NCBI GenBank assembly: GCA_963845515.1
Contig: CAWJSR010000057.1
Location: 32,001 to 96,000 of the forward strand
Reading direction: 5' to 3'
DNA length: 64,000 nt
Origin: an uncultured delta proteobacterium
GTDB lineage: Bacteria; Myxococcota; Myxococcia; Myxococcales; Anaeromyxobacteraceae
The notes under the pieces are model-generated. The model searched no databases. It was not told the DNA's origin and was given only the letters and a program-made list of their open reading frames with translations. Made by a program: the position numbers and the translations under genes. The first letter of the stretch is position 1. Each line of letters begins with the position of its first letter. Below are positions 1 through 10,223 of the stretch, piece after piece.

Positions 1-522
1 TGGAAGAAGTGATTGACCCGGCTCAAGCGTCGGCGCGGAGGCGGGCAGGGCCGGGGCCTCCGAGAGCATAGCGGCCGCCGGGACGGCAGCGCCACGCGAA
101 GCCACCGTCGTCACGACGACCCGCTGGGGGACCGCCTCCCGGGGAGCGATCTCGGCCGCCACCGCCTTCGCCTCGTTCTTGGAGGCGTGGAAGAACCGGG
201 GCAGGACCTCGACCCGATTCTCCGCCGTGATGACCTTCGCCAGCTCGCAGACGCTGGAGATACACAGCCGCCCGTCCCGGAGGGGCGCCTCCACCTCCGG
301 AAAGCGCTGGAGGAGCTCCGCCGCTGTCTTCCGAAGGAAGGCGGCCCCGGAGGAGAGCTTCAGCTCCCGGCGCAGGTAGTAGAAGAGGCTGGTGTAGCCC
401 ATGCCGACCCAGAGCCGGCGCTGGTCAAAGTCCGCGAGGGCGACGAGGAAGTCGGCCATCGCTCCTTGCTCGCGGCGGAGGAGGACGAGGAGGCGGGAGG
501 AGAGCTCGCGTGCGTTGTCCAT
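1..522 (-). CDS. DUF222-like / HNH endonuclease family protein, N-terminal part (runs off the window start)
   Basis: Translated by hand from ATG at 522: MDNARELSSRLLVLLRREQGAMADFLVALADFDQRRLWVGMGYTSLFYYLRRELKLSSGAAFLRKTAAELLQRFPEVEAPLRDGRLCISSVCELAKVITAENRVEVLPRFFHASKNEAKAVAAEIAP...; open to base 1 and absent from the ORF track. Resembles from memory the N-terminus of multicopy HNH-annotated proteins in Anaeromyxobacter. The HNH motif itself is not in the window. Confidence 0.7.
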   Translation of the reverse strand, partial: MDNARELSSRLLVLLRREQGAMADFLVALADFDQRRLWVGMGYTSLFYYLRRELKLSSGAAFLRKTAAELLQRFPEVEAPLRDGRLCISSVCELAKVITAENRVEVLPRFFHASKNEAKAVAAEIAPREAVPQRVVVTTVASRGAAVPAAAMLSEAPALPASAPTLEPGQSLLP

Positions 523-537
523 GCACGAATCCTCTCA

Positions 538-915
538 TGCGATTTCGCACCCTCCGTAGACGCGCGCGTTCGCCGTCTGGCGTGATTTCCGGCACGGGGG
601 CTTCCGCCTCCGAAGGCGAAGCCTCCTCGCGCGGCTGCGGGCGCGTAGTGAGTCCTGGCGCGGGATTCCGAGCGACCTCGTCAGTCGAGGCGCGATTCCG
701 CCAGACCCGCGTCAAGCGGATTCATCAGCGGCATTTCGCCATACGTGAACCTGGCTCGCGCGCCAACGCGCCGACTCCATCCACCCACGCTCCCAGCCGC
801 GCCCAGGTCGCTCCCCCCGCAGGGGACCACGGCCGCGAGCGGGGGCGAGCGCCGGAGTCGAAGCCGCCTGCGAAGGCGCCCTCCCCGTGATGAGCCGCTT
901 CTGGCGCGGATTCGG
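538..915. ncRNA. Candidate structured non-coding RNA or element end upstream of the DUF222/HNH-like gene
   Basis: Nested complementary segments: 559-564/708-713, 575-582/699-706, 599-623 hairpin, 676-690 hairpin, 714-727/888-900, 735-739/870-874, 772-778/854-860. No convincing ORF. Confidence 0.45.
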
Positions 916-989
916 GTGCTGCGGGGGTCGACGCGACGCGGGTGCTTCACCGTGCAGCGGCGCGCCCGCCCGGCGGGGGAGAGGGAGGA

Positions 990-1658
990 TCAGTCACGGT
1001 GGCGCTGCAGCGCTTCGACGATCGAGGCCACCTCGCGAACCGAGGCAGCGTAGTGACGAGGGGCAGCGACCGCGAGCTGGTCCCGGGTGCACGCCCCCCA
1101 GAGCGCGGCCACGCTCACCACCCCAGCAGCGTTCCCAGCCGCCACGTCGTGCGGCGAGTCCCCGACGAAGAGCGCCTCTTCAGGGCTCCGATCGAGCCGC
1201 CGCGCCGCCAGCCAGACGCCGTCTGGCGCAGGCTTGGCAGGGACCCCGGAGTCGGCCGCCACGACCGCCCCCATGAAGCCATCGAGCCCGACGTGCCGGA
1301 GCGACCGGTGCGCGCCGACCTCGATCTTGGCCGTGACGACGCCGAGCGGGTGGCCAGCGGCGTGGAGCGCGCGCACGACCTCGGTCGCGCCGTCGAAGAC
1401 GCGCGTGAGCCGGTCGTGGTTGGCGAGCCAGAAGGTCCGGTAGCGCTGGAAGAGCGGCTCGACGTCCTCCGGCGCCACGGCGAACTGGGCGAGCTGATCC
1501 CTGAGCGGCGTGCCGATCCCCGCGATCCACTCGGCGTCGGTCGGGGCGCGCGCGTAGCCCTCGAACGCGTGGCGCACCGACGTCAGGATGAACGGCACCG
1601 TGTCGAGGAGCGTTCCGTCGAGGTCGAAGAGGACGGCGATTGGGCGGCTGGGCATCAT
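990..1658 (-). CDS. HAD-superfamily phosphatase (PpaX/Gph-like)
   Basis: FDLDGTLLDT motif I, KPAPD, and VGDSPHD motif IV. Confidence 0.9.
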   Translation of the reverse strand: MMPSRPIAVLFDLDGTLLDTVPFILTSVRHAFEGYARAPTDAEWIAGIGTPLRDQLAQFAVAPEDVEPLFQRYRTFWLANHDRLTRVFDGATEVVRALHAAGHPLGVVTAKIEVGAHRSLRHVGLDGFMGAVVAADSGVPAKPAPDGVWLAARRLDRSPEEALFVGDSPHDVAAGNAAGVVSVAALWGACTRDQLAVAAPRHYAASVREVASIVEALQRHRD

Positions 1659-1666
1659 GGAAATGA

Positions 1667-1709
1667 TAAGGGCCGGGGCTCCCGGTTTCCCGTGGAGTTC
1701 CCGGCCCTT
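1667..1709 (-). terminator. Hairpin immediately downstream of tRNA-Val (probable terminator)
   Basis: AAGGGCCGGG ... CCCGGCCCTT inverted repeat. Confidence 0.6.
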
Positions 1710-1714
1710 CTGTG

Positions 1715-1786
1715 TGGGCGCCGCAGGTTTCGAACCTGCGACCCCCGCCGTGTGAAGGCGGTGCTCTACCGCTGAGCTAGGCGCCC
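1715..1786 (-). tRNA. tRNA-Val(CAC)
   Basis: Minus strand GGGCGCC-TAGCTCAGCGGTAGAGC-A-CCGCC-TT-CAC-AC-GGCGG-GGGTC-GCAGG-TTCGAAA-CCTGC-GGCGCCC-A forms a full cloverleaf; CCA is not encoded. Confidence 0.97.
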
Positions 1787-1829
1787 GGCTTTGCGAGGCG
1801 GCGGAGTATGCCGTCGGCCCCCTACCCTG

Positions 1830-2189
1830 TCAACGAGGTTCCACGTCCTCCGGATCCTCGGGATCGCGCCAACCCGGCCGCGGGCGCGACGCCCGCTGCG
1901 CGCGCGCCATGGCCTCGAGCCGTGCGCTGAGATCGCGCGCCTGGCGCTGGATCCGCTCCACCTGCTCCTCGAGCTCCCGCAGGTCCTCGCGGCTGAAGCC
2001 ACCCGCCGCGCGCGCCGCCGACGCCTGCAGCGCCTCGAGCTTGCGCACCGCCTTCTGCGCGAGCTCGGACGCGGCCGCGATGGCCTGCTGGCCGCGCGGA
2101 TCGCCGAGCAGCTTCTCCGAGGCGTCGATCGCCAGCTTCACGCCGAACTCGAGCAGCTCCGACGCCAGCCCCTTCTTCGTCACCATCAC
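1830..2189 (-). CDS. Hypothetical coiled-coil protein (phasin-like composition)
   Basis: Good GC3 codon pattern; helical/coiled-coil sequence; directly downstream of the Hsp70-like gene. Confidence 0.7.
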   Translation of the reverse strand: MMVTKKGLASELLEFGVKLAIDASEKLLGDPRGQQAIAAASELAQKAVRKLEALQASAARAAGGFSREDLRELEEQVERIQRQARDLSARLEAMARAQRASRPRPGWRDPEDPEDVEPR

Positions 2190-2199
2190 GGTCCCCGCT

Positions 2200-3823
<1,624 letters not shown>

Positions 3824-3903
3824 GACGCCCGATCCAATAGCACACCCGCGCCCGGCCCCCGAATCCGGCGGCCGTGGGCCGCGTCCCCTGATCACGCGCC
3901 AGC

Positions 3904-6051
3904 CTAGAAGGGGACGTCTCCGCCGCCCTCGTCGCCTCCGGGCTGCTCCTCCGGCTCCTCGGCGGAGCCGAAGAGCGCCGGGAGGCTCCGCGGATCTCGC
4001 GCCGGCAGCGCGGCCGCCTGCGGCGCAGGGGGGAGCGGCGGTGGGACGCTCCCCTCCTCGAGCTGCCAGCGCTCGTAGATCGCCGGCTCGGCAGGGAGCT
4101 CCTCCAGGAAGCGCGACGCCTTCATCACCACCCGCTCACGGTCCCTCGGCGCGGCCACCATCGGATACGTCAGGTAGAGCTCGTCCTTCGCGCGCGTCGC
4201 GGCGACGTAGAAGAGCCGCCGCTCCTCCTCCTCGCCGTCGCGGTCCCTCAGCGCCTGGGCGCTCGGGAAGCGCCCGTCGGCGAGCCAGACCACGAAGACG
4301 GCGCGCCACTCCAGCCCCTTCGCCTGGTGGACCGACGAGAGGACCATCTTCTCGTCGGGCTCGCCGCCTTCCGAGACCGTCTCCGCCGAGATCTCGGTCA
4401 GGAGCGCGATCTCGGCGAGGAAGGCCTCCGTGTCCTCGTAGCCGCGCGCGTACTCGGCGAGCTGCCGGATGTCCTCGATCCGCGAGTCGGCGTTCAGGAA
4501 CTCGGCGCGCAGGTACTCCTCGTACCCCTCGTCGAGCACCTTCTCGATCGCCTCGCCGGGCAGGTCGCTGGTGGGGCGGCGCGTCAGCGCCCGGAGCAGC
4601 TCCACCAGCCGCCGATAGCCCGGCCTGCCCTTCGGCGGGACCTGGGAGGCCACCTCCGGCGAGGGGAGCTCGTCGACCGCTCCCTGCCCGCGCCGGCGCC
4701 GGGCCTCGAAGGCCGTCCAGACCGCCTCGGCCGTGGCCGTGCCGACGCCGGGAGTGAGCCGCAGGCAGCGCTTCAGCGCGAGCTCGTCCCCCGGGTTCCG
4801 CGCGAAGCGGAGGTGGGCGAGCACGTCCTTCACGTGCGCCGCCTCGAAGAAGCGGACGCCGCTGCGGACGACGAACGGGATCCCGCGGCGCGCCAGCTCG
4901 AACTGGATCTCCATCGAGTGGTGGTGGGCGCGGTAGAGGACGGCGATCTCCGGGAGCGGGATCCCCTCGTCCCGCAGCTCCAGGACGCGCTGGGCCACGA
5001 ACGCCGCCTGCTGCTGGACCTCGCGACAGGGCACCACGGCGGGCAGCGTGCCGTCGGGACGGACGCTCCGCAGCTCCTTCTCGAACTGCCGGACGTTGGC
5101 GGCGATGGAGGCGTTCGCGAGCGCCAGCACCTGTGGCGTCGACCGGTAGTTGATCGTGAGCGCGTACCGCCGCGCGTCCGGGTAGCGCTTCTCGAACTCC
5201 AGGATGTTGGCGAAGTGAGCCCCGCGGAAGGAGTAGATGCTCTGGGCGTCGTCCCCGACCACGCAGAGGCTGCGGTGCTCCTGGACCAGCAGGTCCACCA
5301 CGTCCCCCTGGAGCCGGTTGGTGTCCTGGTACTCGTCCACCAGGACGTGGCGGAAGCGCTCCGCCAGGACCCTCCGGACCGGCTCCCGCTCGGCGAGCAG
5401 GATCTTCCAGTTGAGGAGCAGGTCGTCGAAGTCCATCGCGTTCAGCTCGTGCTTGCGCTCGGCATAGCGCCGCGCCACCCGCAGGACGTCGTCACCGAGC
5501 GGCAGGAACTGGGGGCGCCGGTCCGCGAGCACGTCTGCGAGGGGCGTCTGCGTGTTGACCGCCATCGACACGAGGTCGATCAGCACGTCTGCCTTCGGGA
5601 AGCGGCGGGCCCCCACCGCCAGGCCACAGTCGGCGATCGCGGCGCTCATCACGTCGCGAGAGTCCTCCCGATCCAGGATCGAGTAGCCCCGCTGGTAGCC
5701 GAGCTGCTCCCCGTGCTCCCTCAGCACCTGGTGCGCGACGTGGTGGAAGGTGCCGCCGCTGATGCGCCGCGTGTCGACGCGCGCCACCTCCTCGACCCTG
5801 CGGAGCATCTCGCGGGCCGCCTTGTTGGTGAACGTCAGCAGCAGCAGCGACTCGGGGGAGATGCCGTCGTGCAGCAGCCGGGCGACCCTCCACGTGAGGG
5901 TCCGCGTCTTGCCGGAGCCGGCCCCCGCGACGACGAGGATCGGCCCGTCGCCGGCCTCCACGACGGCGATCTGCTCCTCGTTCAGCAGCCCCTGGTATCC
6001 GAGCGTTCCGGACGGGCGGGGCTGCGGCTGCAGTGTGTAGCGACGGGACAT
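3904..6051 (-). CDS. UvrD/PcrA-family ATP-dependent DNA helicase
   Basis: AGAGSGKT, LTFTNKAAREM, VDEYQDTN, VGDDAQSIYSFRGA, NYRS, SVHQAKGLEW, EEERRLFYVAATRA. Confidence 0.95.
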   Translation of the reverse strand: MSRRYTLQPQPRPSGTLGYQGLLNEEQIAVVEAGDGPILVVAGAGSGKTRTLTWRVARLLHDGISPESLLLLTFTNKAAREMLRRVEEVARVDTRRISGGTFHHVAHQVLREHGEQLGYQRGYSILDREDSRDVMSAAIADCGLAVGARRFPKADVLIDLVSMAVNTQTPLADVLADRRPQFLPLGDDVLRVARRYAERKHELNAMDFDDLLLNWKILLAEREPVRRVLAERFRHVLVDEYQDTNRLQGDVVDLLVQEHRSLCVVGDDAQSIYSFRGAHFANILEFEKRYPDARRYALTINYRSTPQVLALANASIAANVRQFEKELRSVRPDGTLPAVVPCREVQQQAAFVAQRVLELRDEGIPLPEIAVLYRAHHHSMEIQFELARRGIPFVVRSGVRFFEAAHVKDVLAHLRFARNPGDELALKRCLRLTPGVGTATAEAVWTAFEARRRRGQGAVDELPSPEVASQVPPKGRPGYRRLVELLRALTRRPTSDLPGEAIEKVLDEGYEEYLRAEFLNADSRIEDIRQLAEYARGYEDTEAFLAEIALLTEISAETVSEGGEPDEKMVLSSVHQAKGLEWRAVFVVWLADGRFPSAQALRDRDGEEEERRLFYVAATRAKDELYLTYPMVAAPRDRERVVMKASRFLEELPAEPAIYERWQLEEGSVPPPLPPAPQAAALPARDPRSLPALFGSAEEPEEQPGGDEGGGDVPF

Positions 6052-6060
6052 GCGTTCAGG
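6044..6060. promoter_or_regulatory. Candidate myxobacterial LexA box over the helicase start codon
   Basis: CGGGACATGCGTTCAGG matches the recalled M. xanthus consensus CTRHAMRYBYGTTCAGS at 15 of 17 positions. Confidence 0.4.
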
Positions 6061-6183
6061 TGAACCTAGCAGGCGATATCACCACGGTCAAACCGCCCGT
6101 CCGCGGCTCGGCTCCTTCACCCAGGGCAGACCGGCTGGACGAAAAATGGACGGCGCGCGCGCCGTCGATAGCATCCGACATCG

Positions 6184-6840
6184 ATGTCGCCGCGCAACCC
6201 CGTCCCCACAGCGCTCGCCCTGCTCCTCTCGGCCTGCGCCACGGCACGGCCGACCGCGCGCCCCGCCCTGCACCCGCCCGCCCAGGAGTCCCGGGCCGGC
6301 GTCCGCGAACCGGACGCCGGCCCGGTCCCTCCGATCGCGCGCTCCGCCCCCGCCCAGGCTCCACGGGAGATCACCGTGCGGACCGCGATCGAGACGGCGC
6401 GCGGCCTCGTGGGGCAGCGCGAGATCTCGCTCGACGGCGCCCGCTTCGGCGACGACTGCACCGCCCTCGTGCGCGCGGCCTTCTCGAGGGCTGGGGCCCC
6501 GATGCCATCAGGGGCGACCAGCGTCGCGGCGATCCATCAGCTCGCGCGTGAGCGCGGGCTCTTGCGCCGCGGCGCCCCCGCGGCGGGCGACCTCGTCTTC
6601 CTGTCGGACCGACCCGGGGGAGCCCCCGCGCACGTGGGGATCGTAGAGACGGTCGCCGGCGACGGCACTGCGCTGGTCCTGCACCGGACCGGGCGCGGCG
6701 TCGCGCGACTTCGCGTCAACGCAGCGCAGCCCTGGAAGCTGCGGAGCGACGCGGGGCGTCTGCTCAACGACCCGCTGGTGACCGGCGCGGGTCGGCTCCC
6801 GGCGGGCCGCCTCTTCGTTGCCTGGGCCTCGTTCGTCTAG
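6184..6840 (+). CDS. Lipoprotein with CHAP/NlpC-P60-like domain
   Basis: Lipobox LLSAC; DDCTALV (catalytic Cys), AGDLVFL, AHVGIVE (catalytic His). Confidence 0.8.
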   Translation: MSPRNPVPTALALLLSACATARPTARPALHPPAQESRAGVREPDAGPVPPIARSAPAQAPREITVRTAIETARGLVGQREISLDGARFGDDCTALVRAAFSRAGAPMPSGATSVAAIHQLARERGLLRRGAPAAGDLVFLSDRPGGAPAHVGIVETVAGDGTALVLHRTGRGVARLRVNAAQPWKLRSDAGRLLNDPLVTGAGRLPAGRLFVAWASFV

Positions 6841-8369
6841 CCGCCGTTGTCCATCCACGGCTCCCGCTCCTGGACCGGCGCCCGCGCAGGGGGCGCCGGT
6901 GGCGGTTTCGCCGGAGGAGCCGCTGCAGGCGCAGGGGCCACGGCAGGAGCGGTGGGCGGAGCGGCAGCGGGGGGCGAGGCCGGCGCAGTAGCCGGGCCAG
7001 CGGAGGGAGCGGGCCGGGCCGGGGCAACGACGGGGGCTCCGGGTGCTCCGCCAGGAGCGTGAGGAGCCGGAACGGCGGCAGGGCCCGGCGCTGCTGCGCC
7101 TGCAGGGGCCGGGCGCGGCGCCACCCACGGCCGGGGAGCGGCTGCTGGAGCGGCAGCAGGTGCGGCTTCGGCAGCCGGAGCGGCGGGCGCCGCAGGAGCC
7201 ACCAGCTCTCCGCGGAGACGGCTCCCTCGCCTATGGCGCGGATTGGCGGCGAGCAGCCCGTCCAGCGCGGCCGCGGCGGCCTCCCGCCTTCCGAGCGCGG
7301 CATACGTGCGGGCCAGGATGAACCGCGCCCGCAGGATCTCCGGATGGGCGGCGACGAGCGCCGTGAGCTTGCTCACGGCCCGCTCGCGCGGCTCCTTGCC
7401 GTCCTCGCGCGCGTCGAGCCACGCCTCCGCCAGCTGCATCCACGGATCGCGATCGGCAGCCCCGGCGGCGGCGCGGATGAACCGCAGCGCCTGCTCCCGG
7501 TCCCCGGTCGCCGCCGAGTGGATCGCGAGTGCCCGCGCCACGGCGATCTCGCCGACGCGCTCGTTCGAGAACTGCTTCAGCGCGCCGTAGGCACGCTCGG
7601 CGAGCGACCGGGCCGTCGCCTGCCGCGGCTCCACCTGGACCCGCAGCGCCTCCACCTCGGCCGACAGCGCGGCGAGGGTCTCGGGCGGCGCAGGCGGCTG
7701 CGCCGCGGCGACCCGATCCCGCTCGGCCACCTTGAGCGCGAGCCGCTGGGCAGGCACGGCCACCTCCTCGAGCAGTCCAGCCGCGAGCAGGAGCTGCGCG
7801 AGCGCGCGGTCGGCCTCGATCGTGTCGATCGCGGCCCCGCTGCGTGCGACCTCATCCAGCGAGACGGTGGCCCTCTCCAGGCTGTCGATGTCGTCGAGGG
7901 CGACGAGCGCCATCGCCTCCGAGTGGCGCCGCGTGGCGGCCGGGTCGACGCGCCGGCCGATGATCATGAGCGCCGCGGTCGCGGTCACCGCGACGCCGAC
8001 GGCGACGAGCGGGATCAGCCAGCGGAGCCTCGCGTTCGTCTTGAGGCGCGCCTCGAACGCCCCCATCGTGTCGCGGTGCGCCCTCGGGGGCCTCACCGAG
8101 GAGTGGGCGCTCGAGGGCGGCGCCGGGCGGTAGATCGACGGCTGCCGCGAGGAGCCGGCCGGTGTGTCGGAGTGAGGCTGGCGCGGCGGCGCTACCGGGT
8201 GAGGGGGCGGTGCGGCGGGCACGCCTACGAGGGTCCGGCCCGCCGCGCGCGGCGGAACGGCGTTGAAGACGTGCTGGCACTTGGTGCACTGGACCGGGGA
8301 CCCCTCGGGGGCGAGGAGTGACTCGTCCAGTTCGTAGGTCGTAGAGCAGCGTTCGCAGCGGATGTTCAA
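6837..8369 (-). CDS. MJ0042-type zinc-ribbon membrane protein with TPR-like region and Pro/Ala-rich tail
   Basis: Probable TTG start at 8369; IRCERCSTTYELDE...VQCTKCQHVF; one transmembrane segment (WLIPLVAVGVAVTATAALMII). Confidence 0.8.
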   Translation of the reverse strand: MNIRCERCSTTYELDESLLAPEGSPVQCTKCQHVFNAVPPRAAGRTLVGVPAAPPPHPVAPPRQPHSDTPAGSSRQPSIYRPAPPSSAHSSVRPPRAHRDTMGAFEARLKTNARLRWLIPLVAVGVAVTATAALMIIGRRVDPAATRRHSEAMALVALDDIDSLERATVSLDEVARSGAAIDTIEADRALAQLLLAAGLLEEVAVPAQRLALKVAERDRVAAAQPPAPPETLAALSAEVEALRVQVEPRQATARSLAERAYGALKQFSNERVGEIAVARALAIHSAATGDREQALRFIRAAAGAADRDPWMQLAEAWLDAREDGKEPRERAVSKLTALVAAHPEILRARFILARTYAALGRREAAAAALDGLLAANPRHRRGSRLRGELVAPAAPAAPAAEAAPAAAPAAAPRPWVAPRPAPAGAAAPGPAAVPAPHAPGGAPGAPVVAPARPAPSAGPATAPASPPAAAPPTAPAVAPAPAAAPPAKPPPAPPARAPVQEREPWMDNGG

Positions 8370-8400
8370 AGCGGCGCCTCCGGGCGCCGCGAGACTACCT

Positions 8401-8820
8401 CTAGTCCGCTTCCTCCGCCATGCCGACCCGTGGCGGCGCCACCATGAGCCAGGGGCGCGATCGCTCCAGCCGCACCGGGCCGATCCCGCGAACCCGCAGC
8501 AGCGCCTCGACCGACCGGAAGGGACCGGCCTCATCGCGGTCGGCGACGACCTCGGCCCCCAGCGCCGGCGAGAGCCCCGGGACGAAACCAAGCTCCCGGG
8601 CGGTCGCGCGGTTCAGGTCGAGCGGCAGCCCAAGCAGCAGCCTCTCGTCCCCGGAGAGGTCGCGCCGCACACCCCCGTCCGCGGCGCAGCCCAGCCAATG
8701 CCGGGGTGCGGCTCCCCGGCCCTCCTCGGCGCACCGACGCGGGTGAGCCGCAGGTGCGTGGCGCAGGAGCGCTGGGAGCAGCAGGACGGCGACGAGCAGG
8801 GAGAGGGCGACGCGGCGCAT
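8401..8820 (-). CDS. ComEA-like helix-hairpin-helix DNA-binding protein
   Basis: LDLNRATARELGFVPGL...GPFRSVEALLRVRGIGP; N-terminal hydrophobic segment. Confidence 0.85.
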   Translation of the reverse strand: MRRVALSLLVAVLLLPALLRHAPAAHPRRCAEEGRGAAPRHWLGCAADGGVRRDLSGDERLLLGLPLDLNRATARELGFVPGLSPALGAEVVADRDEAGPFRSVEALLRVRGIGPVRLERSRPWLMVAPPRVGMAEEAD

Positions 8821-8860
8821 GGCCGCGAGAGGAGCAAGGGAGGGGCCATCATCCGGAGTG

Positions 8861-8890
8861 CCCCCTCACCCCACCCTCTCCCCCGGTGGG
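8861..8890 (+). repeat. REP-like hairpin repeat, left part (interrupted by ISAs1; continues at 10168-10176)
   Basis: Removing the IS and one TSD copy restores CCCCCTCACCCCA-CCCTCTCCCCC-GGT-GGGGGAGAGGG. Confidence 0.8.
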
Positions 8891-10158
8891 CAGGGCGAGC
8901 GCATCTAAACCCCATTGAGATCGATCACTTGGCCGATGGGCTCGACAGAGCCCTCGGCCCGTGATCGGTTTCGGTGATGGGAAGACACTCGCCGCCTCAC
9001 TCGCTGCAGCTCGTCGTCGAGCACTTCAGGCCCCTGAAGGACCCCCGCATCGATCGGACGAAGCTCCATCCGCTCGAGAACATTCTCGTGATGACGCTCT
9101 CTGCCTCGATCTGTGGCGCGGAGGGGTGGGACGAGATCGCCAGGTTCACCGAGGCGCGCGAGGAGTGGTACGCGACCTTCCTGGACATGCCGGGCGGTGC
9201 GCCGTCGGCCGACACCTTCCGGAGGCTCTTCGAGCGCCTGTCACCGGTGAAGTTCGAGGAGTGCTTCCGAAGCTGGGTCGACGCGCTCGCGGAGGACTTC
9301 GCGGGCGAGGTCGTCGCGATCGACGGGAAGACGCTACGAGGAGCGGTCGAGAAGGCGGGGAAGAAGACAAAACTGCACATGGTCCACGTCTGGGCCACGA
9401 CGCAGCAGCTTCTCCTCGCACAGCGGGCGGTCAAAGGCGGCGCGTCCGGCGAGATGGCCGCCATCCCGAAGCTCCTCGAGGTGCTCGACCTGGAGGGCGC
9501 GATCATCACCACGGATGCCAACGGTTGCACCGCTGCTGTGACGCGCGCCATCATCGAGAACAAGGCCGACTACGTCCTGGCGGTGAAGGGCAACCGGGGT
9601 CGCTTCTACGATCACGTCGTGAACGCCTTCGCTGGCCGACAGCGATTTGCCGCGGACCGCAAGCACGCCACGATCGACGAAGGCCATGGCCGCAAAGAGA
9701 CCCGCGTCGTGAGCGTCCTCGAGCCCGAGGACTGGCCGTGGCAGACCAAGAACAACGGCGAGTGGGCCGGGCTCCGCACGGCGGCGCGCATCGAGCGCAC
9801 GCGAGAGATCGTCGGCGGGAAAACCAGCACCGAGGTCCACTACTTCGTGTCCAGCCTTCCCCCCGACGCCAAGAGAGTCGCCGAGGCGATTCGAGCTCAC
9901 TGGAGCATCGAGAACGGACTCCACTGGTCGCTCGACGTCGCCTTCGGCGACGACCGCCGCCGCGTGCGCGACGCTCGGGCTGCCGAGAACCTCGCGACCA
10001 TCGACCGGATCGCCCTGCTGCTCCTCAAGCACGCGCCGGCACGCACGGACCGGAAGCTCAGCGTCCGGATGAGCCGCAAGGTGGCCGCCTGGGACGTCAC
10101 CTACACGGCCCAGGTCCTAACTTCTGGGAAATCGATCCCTTAAGATGCGCTCGCCCTG
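8891..10158 (+). mobile_element. ISAs1-family insertion sequence, complete
   Basis: 16-bp perfect terminal inverted repeats CAGGGCGAGCGCATCT (8891-8906 and 10143-10158); 9-bp target duplication CCCGGTGGG (8882-8890 and 10159-10167). Confidence 0.95.
8974..10143 (+). CDS. ISAs1-family transposase
   Basis: DPRIDRTKLHPL, PSADTFRR, VAIDGKTLRG, ITTDA, DYVLAVKGN, GHGRKETR, IRAHWSIENGLHWSLDVAFGDD. Confidence 0.96.
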   Translation: MMGRHSPPHSLQLVVEHFRPLKDPRIDRTKLHPLENILVMTLSASICGAEGWDEIARFTEAREEWYATFLDMPGGAPSADTFRRLFERLSPVKFEECFRSWVDALAEDFAGEVVAIDGKTLRGAVEKAGKKTKLHMVHVWATTQQLLLAQRAVKGGASGEMAAIPKLLEVLDLEGAIITTDANGCTAAVTRAIIENKADYVLAVKGNRGRFYDHVVNAFAGRQRFAADRKHATIDEGHGRKETRVVSVLEPEDWPWQTKNNGEWAGLRTAARIERTREIVGGKTSTEVHYFVSSLPPDAKRVAEAIRAHWSIENGLHWSLDVAFGDDRRRVRDARAAENLATIDRIALLLLKHAPARTDRKLSVRMSRKVAAWDVTYTAQVLTSGKSIP

Positions 10159-10223
10159 CCCGGTGGGGGAGAGGGGAGACTCCGGTGAAGAGGTCTCCGG
10201 CGGGGAGAGTGTGCTTCCGGCGC

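Noticed and set aside
6860..7200. Repetitive GC-rich stretch
   Set aside because: Pro/Ala-rich C-terminal tail of the zinc-ribbon protein.
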